A DNA stretch of 63,958 bases, counting the filler, from Welwitschia mirabilis (lineage: Eukaryota): the NCBI GenBank assembly GCA_051453625.1. It is 7 parts of one record of this genome, joined end to end, with 100 filler letters (N's around TTAATTAATTAA, not from the genome) between each part and the next. Parts side by side here need not be neighbours in the genome. Positions count along the whole stretch, not along the records: positions 29,395 to 45,070 come from JBOZIK010000001.1; positions 45,171 to 52,572 come from JBOZIK010000001.1; 5 more parts are not named here. One strand, given 5' to 3'. Numbering within the stretch: position 1 is the first letter of the stretch; each line of letters begins with the position of its first letter. Positions 38,401-52,672 of this stretch are shown here, one piece after another. Position numbers and translations under genes: made by a program. The notes beneath the pieces are model-generated. The model saw only the letters and a list, made by a program, of their open reading frames with translations, had not been told where the DNA came from and searched no databases.

Positions 38401-41400
38401 AACTGATAATTGAATTAAATTTTATTACACTTCTCAGTTATCTATTAGTGACACACCAAATACTATCCCATAATCTAATAAAATGGAGTTATTTGTAGAC
38501 TAGTATTGGATTTAATAGGAGTGAATCTGGATCATGAAACTAATCACAAATAAGTCATAATAAAGACGATCTGAACATTAGGAAAATTTGAAATTTGAGA
38601 ATTTTAAACAATTGACTAGCATTCTCCAAGGGTTGACCACATGTTAATAGGCAATATTTGGTAGATTCAATAAGGGGTCAACTACTAATGTCTAGGATAA
38701 CCACCTATATTGGCTAGCATTCTAAAGGGGTCAACCACGTAACTATAGAATGCGAAATGTGATTCATGCAGTCGATCAGCTCTAGAATTAGAGTCAATTA
38801 TCTAACTCATCATTTATCTTAGAAGGCCAATGTAAGAAAAGGGANNNNNNNNNNNNNNNNNNNNNNNNNNNNNNNNNNNAATATATAATGGAAATATAGT
38901 TATTATGAACTATTAGCAACTATTATAACTTCATCTAGGGAAGTGAACTAGCCATTTTCAAAGGCCTCAATAGTCATATATTTAGTATTTATGTCCTACA
39001 GTTGCCATTTTAAACATAATTTGTGAGCTTGTGTATTTCCCGGTGGTAATTTGAAATAAATTGTTGCATTGTTAATAATATATCCAAATTTGGAGACAAT
39101 TTAGTAAAAAACATTGACATCATCATCTAGGTTACTGATGCCACCAATCATTTGATGGAATACTTCAAGAGCTACATTTTAGAGTTGTCTTAAGGAAGTA
39201 ATCAATTTCCACTTATGGAGTTAGACGGTTATAGCACCAAACTCCAACAAAAATGTGCATCTATAAAAGTGTTAATTTTATAATTAAAACCTCTAAATTA
39301 TAAAACTCTATTCAAAGAACCTAACCCTATTTTTACCTTTTAAAATGGCAAAGTACCCTCATTTCTAACAATCATGGACTAGCAAAAATAGTTAAAACCC
39401 TAGCGTCAACCATTAATGTGTCTTTTTAATCTCCCCAATTGGGAACACACTAGCTTTAAGGCTAGTTTTGATGAGTCTATAGCAACTTTACTTTCTTTCT
39501 TTAATGTAATGTAATTCCTATTTTTTTATGAAATAGTAGTTGCTTATCTTAGACTGAGTTACAATTAACATTATACTTTAATGCTTGAATGAGACTATAT
39601 TATTAAGTACTTTCATTTACTAAGTGAATTTATTGAGTTTAGTTCTTAATTATGATCATCTTATTTGATGGATCTTAAGAATTTTTAGTCTTACTTTCCA
39701 TGCTTACATTAAGCTATGAAGGATTAAATTAACTAAGGAATTCACCAACACTCATGTCATGAATGAGATTCTGTAATCATAGCCCGAGCCATATGACTTA
39801 ATAATCTACAGGTTATTTCAAGAATTTATAGTATATTATTAAAGTGAAGCTTGTGTTATTGGATGACTCAATTTAAACCTTTGCACTTAGCTCATTTCCC
39901 AACTTCAATCATCAAAGTTCAACTTCATCTCACTCTTAATTTTTGGTTTGATTTATACCCTTCTAATTTAGAGAACTTCGCTATCACTGTTCAATTTTCT
40001 ACCTCGATTTATCCCTATAGAAAAAATAACATTGAGACTCCACTACAACAAGGGTCTTAGTTTATAAATTATAAAAGTCAAACACAAACAACTATATCCC
40101 TTTAATGGATGATTATTTTCTAATGATGTTTTATTAAATAAATTTGACCCTTGATTAGATACATCAATTCACTAATTTATGATGCATTTGACTCTTAATA
40201 ATAAGTTATTTATTCACATTAGTTCATTAGGGATATCTTTTTTGAATAATCTTCACATTCATTTAGACTTTTCAGAGTTTCTAATAAATTTAACTCTTAA
40301 TAATTATTTGCTTGCTTACTGTATTTCATTGGGATCTAATTTTAAATAATCTTTACATCTATCTAGACTTTTTAGGATTCCCGATACATTTCCTAATGAT
40401 GTCTTTTAATCATAAGGTTTACAGCATGTAACAAATCCATTAATACAAAGAAAAAGTTAATGTTGAGTGTAGTACGCTCAATCTTTATCCACCTATTTTA
40501 CTGATTACATTTATCATTTACTATTACAAACTATATTTACTTTTTAGGCTTGGACAAGACATATAAAAATGAGCAAACCAAAGATGTCACATATCATCAA
40601 GGTAAATATTTTGTTATTATTTTCTATTCACTTTAAATTTCAAATTTGATAAATTTAGCATGTAAATTAGATGCTTTTACATAAAATGATGGAGTTATGT
40701 AACATTTTCATAGATTTGATTTATTAATTCCTTTTTTTTATGAAGTATGAAATAAATATCTTCATAGAAATAATTGCTAGTATTATGTTTAATTAATTAA
40801 AATTAATTAAAAATACAAAAATTAAGTAGAATTATTGAAAATTAAGGTTAATTACCTAACAGAATGTACAAATGTTTGTAAGATGAAATTAAGCATAACA
40901 TGCATCTTCGATATCATTTTTAATTTTAAGAAAAATATAAATATGTCCTTCTTATTAAATATAAAAATCAATAATATTTGTTACAAAATCTTTGATTAAA
41001 AAAGATTGTCATATTGAAAATTAAATACACCCAGCATCATATAACTATATAGGAGATTAACTTGGTCTAAAGTCGAGTAATCAAAAGTTTACAAAATTGG
41101 GGATATAACATAGGTCTCCTCCAACACTTTCATCGTTTACTTGATCTCTCTCTTGGTTGTTGATTCCTTTGCACTCCTTTTTTCCGATTCTTCCAATTAC
41201 TCTTACATGTCATTTTTTCTTTCCTTTTTAATTCTCCATTCTTATGTAATTTTGTATTTTATATATCTTAAGTACAATGAAAATTGGTTTTTTCTCCATG
41301 AAAATTTTAACTCTAGTAAGTAATTTTTGGATGACTTCTTTACACTAAGGATAAAACAGAACTTGATTATAGGAAGTAAGGCATACGTAAAGTTTGAAAA

Positions 41401-44400
41401 GTTTGTGCTTAAAAACCCTTTAAAATTAGTTTACAATACATTAAAAATTTTTAAAAATTAAGATTTCATTTCTACTTTATATCTTGCAAAGGAACACCCT
41501 TAACTTTGACATTTTAGAATGAATTTTTTAATGAATTACATGTTAAATAGATTTAAACAATCTCAATATTTTGATTTCTTTTGTACTTTAATGAAATAAT
41601 GAAACTAACATTCAATTTTCAAGTTTTTAAGATTATTTGAATTCTTTTTAAACTTGAATGTAAGATGCGATGTGAATTTTTTAGTTAAAATGTTGTATGA
41701 TTGTTAAAATTTGAGATCTAATTTCATATTATTTTCTAAGGACTAGGAAAATGTTGGATAAAGGATATGTTATTTAAAAAAGTATTTATTTTTCTTGCTT
41801 AACATTTATAAATTAATTAATTTAAAGGGTCTAAATAAGTCATGTTATGTTAACTTTTATTTATCTTTTTAAACCTAAGCTAATAGCAAAATTCTATCAC
41901 ATTTGATATCCTACTAGTATTTTGATGTAGGGCAAAAGGATTGCAATCAAACCAAATCAATCTTAGATTTACAAGTTGATAAGTGCCATTGTCCAAGCAC
42001 TCATCATTGCCAAGATTCTAGTAAACTGTGGATTCTAGATTCACAATTTTAAAAGTTAATAATTGAAATGAATATTCATACTACCTCGACATTGATCAAA
42101 ACTAAGATCAAGAAAATTAACAACATAAATGGTTTTGAGTTATCTTTTTTACTAAACAACCATCAAACTTGACTAGATTCAATGTACTAACAGATATGAT
42201 AATGCAAAACCTTATACTATGTAGATAAATTCTAAAATCAAATAAGGAATTAAAAGAGTTTTTTTTTATTTACTTTTGATCGCTATGTAAAGAGGAGTAT
42301 CTACAATTAAAGAGAATCTTCCATTGATGATTATGAGTACTTCATACTATTGATCAATATGCTAGGGATTTGTCTTATCATGTCTTGTTAAACCCCCTTT
42401 CTTCTAACTTGAGTATTAGGGGGTCATCATTTCATGAAACATAATCCTTGTCAAGCGTAAGAACTTATTTGTGCTTCATTGTCATATGAAATATGTTTGC
42501 ATTACTAGTTAATTGATTTTGATCTTAAATAGCAATGCATTTTTTATTAGTTTCAATAGAATAACAAAATTCAGTGATCTTTTTATTTATTAAGTAAATG
42601 ATTTTTGCAATTCTTTGCTAGTGTTTAAGTTTGAGATGATTCATGTGTTATGGTTGGCATCTTTCATGCTTTTCATTTCTATCATTTATTTGTGATATAA
42701 TTCATCTTTGCATTATTGTATTATTTCAACACCATTCAAGTGTTGCATTAATTAATCCATTCATTAGTCCATAATATCCTTCTTTTGTAATGCAATGTGA
42801 TTTGTATTAAGGAAATGAAGGGTATTTTGTGCAGTTTTTTTTAGTTAGCTTGTCTAAAATGCTTCATGATAATAATTAGTTTCATTTCTTAAAAGAAGAA
42901 TTATTAGTCTATGATGTTTCTTCATAACGTTTATTTATAAAATATTTAATCTTTGATTTCTTCAGATGCATGTCGAAGTAAATATTTAAGCTCTCTTGCA
43001 ATTCTCATAGATAAAAATAATTAGGATTACCTTATACATGACTTAAATCCCTTAGTGGTTTTAAACTATCACACTTTACTTTTAGCAACTAGGAGACATT
43101 TCTTCTTCATCAAGGATTAGATCTTCTAAAAAAACCAATTCTTAAGGATACAACCTTGGTATCAATTGCCAAGGTGTAACAAATCTTCTCAAACACATTT
43201 GATAAAGTATTGAAACATTAGGATTTTTTCAATAGGAAGAGATCATTTTTTTTTTTGGTCAATATTCATGATAATAAATGTAACAACCCACTAATTATTC
43301 TTGGGAATCTAATGTAAGTAAGCGTCTACATTCCAAAAAGCAAAGTTGAAGCTAATGCATTCGTGAAGGGGAAAACATATTGCCAAAGATGATGTAAGAA
43401 CCCTTGATAAAAACATCATTATTTATTAATTCATCAAAAAATCCATGCAACAGGAAGGAGAATTTAGCTTGACAATCTAGCTAAGATTATCCATATTCTA
43501 AGCCTTATCTCTAAGGCCACCTAGATGGCTAGTTTGAGATCATAAAAGGTTATAACCTCATCCATCTACCTTATGCCTTAGCCAAGACTCATTTCTCTTG
43601 CACGAGGACAAACTACTCATATTATAATAATAGTTAAGTGCCTTTGATAGTAGAGACATTTACTAAATAAAATAAGTAATTTTATAATCTTATTATAATG
43701 ATTATGTTAGTCAAAAGTTTAGTTAACCCTAATACATCTTTTGATGAATCTTCTTAAAAACAAAAACATGGGATGTGATAATAAAAGAAAATATAACTTG
43801 TGGTCTTGGTCAATATCACAATCTTTCTAGATAAATCATCTCATAAGTCAAAGGTTAATAATATGACAAACATCAAAGAGACATCCTACTAACACATTAG
43901 TCATTTGATCCTAGAAAATTTGCAATAATTATTCATAAAATATCATATTAAGAAATTAAAAATAACATTAAAGGCTTTAGTTATTATGAGATAAATAGTA
44001 AAATGCACAAATTATGACTAGCGAGCATCAAACACCAGCAAAGAGTATTATTACATTACCAATGAAACAATTTACAAGACATTACATTTTCTACAACCTA
44101 AAAAAAAAAAAAGAAAAGCATATTCAAGAATAGAAATGCAAAAAGTATAATCAAGAGTAAGTTGAACTGATAAAGAAGTAAAGAAGGCCATGGAAGATTT
44201 TATTGATGAATGTTGTAAGTCTCTTATAAGTTGCATTCAAATAGTTCAACATTCAACTACCATGAATAACATCATGCGACCTTTGTTTGTTCAAAGTATG
44301 GCTTTGTGATAGGGAAACGTATATTGTTATTTATATTCATCTTGCTCATGATCATAGATACATAGAATTGGAAACATGGCTATAACGTTTAGATGTAAAT

Positions 44401-44982
44401 GACATTATACTTTGTACCAATTTCATTCTTGTTGGAACTCATGCATAAAAGGTAGTCTTTCCAATTTTAAAAATCTAATGGTTGAAAAGGTAACGAAAGA
44501 AATTAATTTTATCATATTCTATATTAATAAGTAGTTAATTCTTAAAGGCAGCTTTTGCATAACTATTTTGAGAGCTTCATGTTCATTGGAGATGGATCAT
44601 CCTATATAACATAATCAACTCCAAATTAAGGTCAATGTTAAATAATTGATGATCTTATTTATCTTCTTTGGCAAACTTGAAAAGCTCTAGATGATCTTCT
44701 TTAGTGTAGAGAAGCCCAAAAAACTAAGAGAAGAGCACTCAAGGAGCACAAACAATTGATTGTAAAAACCAACTCCAAAACAAATTTTATTCATACTACT
44801 ATTTATAAATGTCTAAATTGGAAATTTTGGAAATATATGAAAAGAAGTGGCAGAAAGAGTGGGATGTGAGAAAAGATGTAGGAGGAAGAATGGGATGTGG
44901 GAGAAGAAAATAGGAGATCAATTATAACCACTCTCTAGAAAAATAAATATGATAAAAATTAAATATTTTTAACAACCTCCTC

Positions 44983-45014
44983 TGATGTTAGATTTCATGT
45001 GAAATCTAACATCA
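44983..45014. repeat. Perfect 15-bp inverted repeat
   Basis: TGATGTTAGATTTCA-TG-TGAAATCTAACATCA. Confidence 0.9.
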
Positions 45015-45291
45015 CAAATGATAAGAGATGATAGGAATAATCCCCCAACATAGCTCGGGGGATTTGCTTGNNNNNNNNNNNNNNNNNNNNNNNNNNNNNN
45101 NNNNNNNNNNNNNNTTAATTAATTAANNNNNNNNNNNNNNNNNNNNNNNNNNNNNNNNNNNNNNNNNNNNGTGTTTTTATGAGCCTGTTTTATGATTTTC
45201 AGATTTATCTTTTGAAAAATAAATTAGCTCACAATTATGGTTTTTCCTCCTAATTTTTAATAGGAACTGATAAATGCTAAATGGGAGGATA

Positions 45292-47187
45292 TGTTGCATT
45301 GCCAATTTCAGGTTATTTGATGGGGTTTTATGAGCTATTTTGTAGGACTTTTATACAAGTTTAAGTGCAATTCTCAGGATTTTAGAGATACAAGAAGAAA
45401 TATCGGAAAATTGCAATTCTTATCCAAATTTGATGTATTAAAGGCACTTTCCAATGCACAAGGCTTTGAAAAAGGATTATTAATAAAAATTCTGATTTCT
45501 TCTTAAGAAAATAATTAAAGAAGGCCATCATCCCCTTCGTCGTCCCCACGACTGGCAAGACGACACTCTATTGATGTGGAGTGGTGAGTTAGCATTTCAA
45601 GAATATTATATAACATACTATTGTCTTCATAGTCATCTAGATGGCATCCTAGATGAAACTTTCATGCAACTGACTCAGATAAGATTCCCTTGACTATTTT
45701 TCCCCTAAGTCATGATAAGCATGCCTAACCATACCAACTGTCTATCCTTATTTACTATATTTCCTTATAAATAAGATCCCCTTTGACTCTCCTTATCATC
45801 TTGGTTTCAATGGACATTCTCGTGACAAGAGATCGAAGGACGGAGATCCATCTAAGTGAGTTGCAGAAAGACATATACTTAGTGGAGGACTGAGTATCTT
45901 TCATTAAGATTTAACTATTTTATAACCCGGATGAATATTACCATTTTAATATAAATCTTGATTTTCTTTTCATATTTTCATGTTAGGATTTCTTATGTTC
46001 GTTATATTCTATGTTGTCCTTGATCTGATGATAATTTCTTGGGTGATATAGATTATCAAGGGTAGCCTTTGTTAAGGCTAGAAGTAAGTAGTGATTAGGG
46101 TTATTTTTGCATGTTAGTTTAAATTGCATCTTATTCCTTGCATGGTACTTTATTTTCTTGCATTGTTATTAATTTCAGATTCTTATTTTGCAAAGCAACC
46201 TAAGTCTCATCTCGTAGACTTCAATGAGATACGACATTTCAGTTCACTCCCATTATACTAGTATGATGTATTGTGCATAATATCTATTTTAATTATTAAT
46301 GATAGAATCTATNNNNNNNNNNNNNNNNNNNNNNNNNNNNNNNNNNNNNNNNNNNNNNNNNNNNNNNNNNNNNNNNNNNNNNNNNNNNNNNNNNNNNNNN
46401 NNNNNNNNNNNNCTCTACTGATGTGGACTACTGAGTCAGCATTTCAAGAATATTCTATAACATACTATCATTCAGATGACATCCTGGATGACACTTCCAT
46501 GTAACTGACTCAGACAAGATTCCCTTAACTGTTTTTCCCACTTATAAGTCATGATAAGCATGCCTAACCATACCAAATGCCTGTCCTTATCTGCTGTATT
46601 TCCTTATAAATAAGTTTTCTTTTGACTCTCCTTATCATCTTGGTTGCACTGGACATTCTCGTGATAGGAGATTGAAGGGCGAAGATCCATCTACATGAGT
46701 TACAGAAAGACGTGCACTTAGTGGAGGATTAAGTATCTTCCATTAAGACCTGACTATTTTATAACTCAGATGAATATTACCATTTTAATATAAATCTTGA
46801 TTTTCTTTTCATATTTGCATGTTAGGATTTCTTATGTTCCTTATATTCTATGTTGTTCTTGATCTAATGACAATTTCTTAAGTGATATAGATTATCAAGG
46901 GTAGCCTTTGTTAAGGCTAAAAGTAATTAGTGATTAGGGTTATTTTTGCATGTTAGTTTAAATCGCATCTTGCACCTTGCATGGTACTTTATTTTCTTGC
47001 ATTGTTATTAATTTCAGATTCTTATCTACAAAGCAACCTAAGTCTTATCTCATAGACTTCAATGAAATACAACATTTCGGTTCACTCCCATTATACTAGT
47101 ATGATGTATTGTGCATAATATCTATTTTAATTATTAATAACAGAATCTATTTAAACATAAAAACGTGCACAAATACACATCGCAACA
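45292..47187 (+). mobile_element. Two related Gypsy LTR copies separated by a 100-N gap
   Basis: Begins TGTTGC after PPT-like AAATGGGAGGA and ends GCAACA. 45567-46312 and 46413-47151 are diverged copies; distantly similar to LTR 13217-14325. Confidence 0.8.
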
Positions 47188-47559
47188 CTGTTCAAGGAGG
47201 ATGGATATCTTTCTTTATAGTTTCATGATAGGCTCTTTAAAATTCCTAGGTCACATAATATATAATGTTAAATTTGCAATATCATTCATGTTTAGATATA
47301 TTTTTGAATTAGGAGAAAACCATCTTATTACTTTCAAACATCTCATGAAGTATGTCCTTAGTACACTTAAATTTTTACTTGATTCTGAAAAAGAAGAGGG
47401 AGATATTCATTGCTATTATAATGTCGATTAAAAGAATCTATTAAAGATAGAAAATCCACTTCTAATTGCATAATCTCATATTGATATAATCCAATCTATT
47501 TGATGTTAAAGGGGGGAAACATTAGTTTCTATTTCATCCATTGAAGCTAGGTAAATTAA

Positions 47560-47910
47560 CATGATTAAGTTTATTCAACATATTTTATCGATTTTAAATT
47601 TATTTTAGTAGTTGCAAGTAAAGGTAAAAACATTAATTGAGACATCTATAAATAATATGCTAATCATAATTATTACTAAGAATAAATTTTTCATAAGAAG
47701 ATTAAACATATTGGAATCGATTATTACTTCATAAAAAAAAAGGTAAAGGATGAAGTCATCTTATCTAAGAATGTCTTCATCAATGAAGAAGTAGCTAACA
47801 TGTTAACAAAGATGATTCTAATTTTCAAAATAAAGCATGCCATCTCAAAGTTAAGCCTACTTCAAGTTGGATAAAACATTTGTGATCACATCATCCTAAA
47901 GGAGGGCTTA
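47560..47910 (+). pseudogene. Copia RNase H remnant and PPT
   Basis: FHKKIKHIGIDYYF and NEEVANMLTK (Copia FHxRTKHIxIDxHF, ADxLTK), then AAAGGAGGG. Confidence 0.75.
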
Positions 47911-48689
47911 ACACAATTTATGATTTTATCTGGTTTCTACTACTTTCTATTTATTACTTTGTTTGAGCTATGTCAATTAAGTAAATAGTCTAATGTATTA
48001 ATAAGTTATAAGAAAAAGTGTCATTTATGTCTATAATGGGATTTATTCCACATTGCTAAGGTGGATTAGTTTTCCATTCACCACCAATTATAAAAGGATA
48101 TAATAGACTCATACTTAGATTAATGAAAGATTAAAGTATCTTAAAACCTCTTGAAAGATATGAATGAAATGCTATCAGTTTTAAGACTCAATTACTCATG
48201 CTTAATTTATGCTCATAACATTGATGCATGCTTTATTTTAGCTTTAACTTTAATAGATGCCTAAGTGCATTTTCTATTTCATGGCTTCTTATACTTGATT
48301 CTACATTATTTAATCAAATGTATTAGAACTAGAAGAATATCAAATTGAATGTGATAAAGATATTATGATTTTTTTAAAATTAAATAATTATTTACTAAAT
48401 AATAGATAATTTAAGTTAGATTTATGAAATTTAATCAAAGTTATAATGTCTTTGAAGCTTTAAATTTGTATTTGAGCATTCATAGGTATTATTTTGATAT
48501 TTAATTACATAGAGAGAAAAAATTCATTATTTAAAGAAAAATCACAAAGAATGCTAAATTTTTCATTTAAAATTAGTTTAAAAGTGTTTTCAAGGTTGTG
48601 TATGCATATATTAACATCTTAATTAAATTATTTTGACATTATAAGATATTTTTCGCACCATTTCAACACTATAATTTTAGGAACTTGTG

Positions 48690-48980
48690 GTTAGATGTCT
48701 ATAAAATTCATAAACATCTATAAGTAGTTATAGAGTTTAGCTTGAAAAAGATATCTACAAAAATAAGAGATGTCTACTAACTATAAAGATTTCTTTAAAA
48801 AATTAGAGATATCTAGTCTAATTTATAAAATTTTAGAAAAGACAGATTAAGCCTCCATAAACATCTATAGATTTCAAAGACATCTTAAAAACTTAAAAAC
48901 ATCTACTATCAATTTTAAAAGTTCTAATATAGATTTATCTAGCCTTTATAGACATCTAATAAATATTAATACATCTTTAG
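48690..48980. repeat. Degenerate GACATCTA subrepeat cluster
   Basis: Repeated (G/A)ACATCTA / GATRTCTA words about every 20-40 bp. Confidence 0.6.
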
Positions 48981-51717
48981 GCTTATAATGTTTAAAAAAA
49001 TAGAATAGATGCTCAATAAGCTATTGTGCAATAAAAATAGAATAAAGCTCACTAAGATTCTATTGACAGTGGTGATGCCATATTAATCTTTCTACATTAT
49101 ACTTTCTATGTATAGCATAATTCAATTACATAACTATTTAGTAGTTAAATTTAATAAAACTACTAATAGCCATTAATTTGGTACTTTGATAGAATAAAAA
49201 TTTAGCATAAAACTAAGAAATTTAATTAATATAACATCCATGATAATTATCTTGCCTATAGTTTATTTAATGACATAACTTTTTTTAAGTTATTTACCTC
49301 TTGTCATAATAGTTTAACTTATTTATAAAGTTAAGGTACATTTTAGATATGTTCTTAACATCCTATAATAAGTCTTTAAGTAATAGTATAGTCTTAATTA
49401 GCATATTGGTAGTGTATAATGAGTTTATAGTTAATAGTGGAATTTTAATAGTGGAATTTTAGTTAGCATACTGATACTCTATAGTGGTTCCATGGGGAAC
49501 AATCTAATTCGAGTTAGCATATTAGTATTATGTTGTAAATCCATAGGCAACAACATAGTTCTAATCTAGAGCACTATTATTAGTGTATAAGTAATAGTTT
49601 AGCCTTAGTTAGCATACTAATGCCATCATTTTATTCTATGATCTTTTATTAACCTATTTAAAATATTGAAATACTTGTTAGAGCTTGTGATCTTTAATTA
49701 ATTTTTGTTTATCACATTAACATTATATATTAATTATTATATAAATATATAACTCTAGTTTATCACTCTAGTACCCTGTACTAACCATTGTTTTTACAGA
49801 TTAATTTAATTCAACACTCTTCTGATTTATACTACTTGTTGATTAACTTGTTTAATTTCTTATAGGTCATACTAGTTAACTAGTTGTAAGACTTAACTAT
49901 TAGTTAATTAAACTTTAATATTAGCTAACTAAACTAAGTTAATAGTTAAATAATCTTAACTATTACTTAATCAAACTTAATTTCTTCTTCACTATGACTT
50001 AACTAAAGTTTAAAGATTTATTTTCTTATTTATAAATATATAAGAGGTAACACTTTTTAACTTATTCATAACTATCCTTCCTTAAAGAACAAGGTAAAAA
50101 TTATTTCTTTTTTTTTTTTAAAACATATTTTTCAATATTTAGTAAAATATGTTTATTCTTTGTATTTTTCTTTTGAATAGTTAATTTTTATTAAGAATTT
50201 GTATTTTTGGATTCTTTTTTAAGACATCTTAGGCATTTAGAATTCTTAAGAGATCTATGAATTCTTATTTTCTAAAAGAAAACTTTTTAGACCTATTTAT
50301 TTGTAGCATCATAAAACATGCATGGCTGTTGCAAATGTTTTTCTTTTAGATATCAATTTCTCTCCTTAAAAATTGGGATTTATGAATGAAGAGTGAAATA
50401 ACCTATTGATATAACCAAAGTTTGAGTGAATTCTATAGTTAGTCCTATTAAATCTACTCTTTTTCCCCTTCTTAGCTTTATATATCTAAAATGTTTCATG
50501 AATTTAGATCATATTTACATCTTCTTTAATTTCTTCTTCCATTCTTTTACTTATTTAGAACTAGGAAAAATCTAAGTTATAGTAGGCGTAATCAAGGATA
50601 TCTTTAGCCTTTTAGTTAATTCACTTCAATGAAAAAGATTTTCTATTAGAACAAGCTATCTTATTTCAAGAGAAATAAGATTGTTTTCTTTATATCACAT
50701 GTTACTACTTCAACATCCAAGTAAGACATTTTATTAACATTTAATCAATACAAATGAGATTTTAAAATAATCCTCAACCTTGAAATGTATCACAAAGAGC
50801 CTTTCTAAATGCCATCTAAATCATAATAATAAGTGAGAATAGATAATAACAAGAGAAGATAAATTATTCCTTTCTATTTTAGAAGATAGAAAGTGAGTTG
50901 ATCAAGAATGTTTGGTATCCAACAGTAATTTTCTTTGAAAGCTCTAGGAGATTAAAGGTCTATCTTATTGCTATTATTTTTTCACAACATTATGTTGATT
51001 GTAATTTTTGGGCTTTCTCTAGTGCCCTCCTTCTAGTGCCAAAACTATTATGATTATTTTCTCACAACGTTATGTCAATTGTGATTTTATTGTATGGCAT
51101 TCTTATCCTTTATTTAAGATTCCATCTCAATTTGAAAATTAAAATTGACAAAACTCCTGAGAGTGTAACCTTGAGATGAAATTGAGGTTGAAGAAAAATC
51201 ATGTGTATATAATAGTCATGTAACTTGCAAAACACCTTATAAAATCGAAGTCTTTAATGAATTTAAAGAATAGAAAAATTTTAAAGATTGTGTATATTTT
51301 GGATTAACTAATTAAAGAAAATGCCCATGCTTAGTACATATGAAACACCATTGAAGATCCCTCAACAATTGATATAAAACATATTGAAATACACAAAACT
51401 AAGAAAAACAAGAAAACCCACTTTATAATTTTTTTTTATTATATTTCATTCTAGGATTTCAAGAAAGAGATGAATATTCCCTATTAAAAAATGTTTTAAT
51501 ACAATTTTCTCTAGAAATTTTAAATGCTAATTGACCTTCCAACTCAATGACAATTGCCTATTTTCATATTTCAAGAATTTTTGAAGATACCTCACAAATC
51601 TATTATAATATTGAAACTAGTAAGAAGAAATCAAATTCTTAGAAATTAGATTCTAAAGGATTAGATTTAAACACTATTACTCCTTACAAAAGAAATTATA
51701 AATGTTTCTTTTTTCCC

Positions 51718-51945
51718 TAGAGTAAACATTCTTTCGTAACTGTAGCACTGAGACAACACCCAATGTTTCATCTTCATCAGAATATTCCAGAAGGATTTCT
51801 GGGGGTGGCAGATCTACTGGTTCCTTAGAGTAAACATTCTTTTATAACCATAGCACTGAGATAGCATCTAATGTTTCATCTTGGTCAAAACCTTTCAAGT
51901 GGGCTTTTGGAGATGGCAGATCTGCCCATTCCCTAGAGTGAATGT
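51718..51945. repeat. 108-bp tandem repeat (2+ units)
   Basis: TAGAGT(A/G)AA at 51718, 51826 and 51934; shared TAGCACTGAGA, AATGTTTCATCTT and TGGCAGATCT. Confidence 0.85.
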
Positions 51946-52672
51946 TTAGATTTGAGAGGGCCTCAAGAATCTGTGCATTTTGTTCACTTTGNNNNNNNNN
52001 NNNNNNNNNNNNNNNNNNNNNNNNNNNNNNNNNNNNNNNNNNNNNNNNNNNNNNNNNNNNNNNNNNNNNNNNNNNNNNNNNNNNNNNNNNNTCTTAATTA
52101 GCATATGGGTAGCTATGGGAACTCCACCAGGGCATCAGTTAATCATAATCTGGCTTCGACTTGCAAATCCTTATGCTTTTGGCAGTGGTTGCACTCCCAT
52201 TATTATGGTAGATGGTAATTTCTAACAATTCCATTGACTTGATTTTCCATACCTCCAAAGCTATAGCTTTAAGAGCATTTAGAAAATATTGATCATTGAA
52301 TAGTAAGTTGTTAAGGTTTCATTTACTGTCACAGCCAATGATTGGATTGAGTTATAGTCCTGACATTATATCGAAACTCCATAGAATAACCATAGACATC
52401 ATCATAATCACTGTCCTAGTCACATGATACTCTATGTTGTTTAATGTCGAACCATCATTAATGACATTAAATAATTCTATGATTCATACCAATAGACATT
52501 GCTAAGGTGATATTTAGAGATGTTTAATCAATCTTCTTCACGCCTCTGTTTGTCCATTTACACCTAGTCTTTNNNNNNNNNNNNNNNNNNNNNNNNNNNN
52601 NNNNNNNNNNNNNNNNTTAATTAATTAANNNNNNNNNNNNNNNNNNNNNNNNNNNNNNNNNNNNNNNNNNNN

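Noticed and set aside
40041-40052. CACTACAACAA as a CACTA terminus (also CACTACAT at 30923)
   Set aside because: No adjacent subterminal repeats
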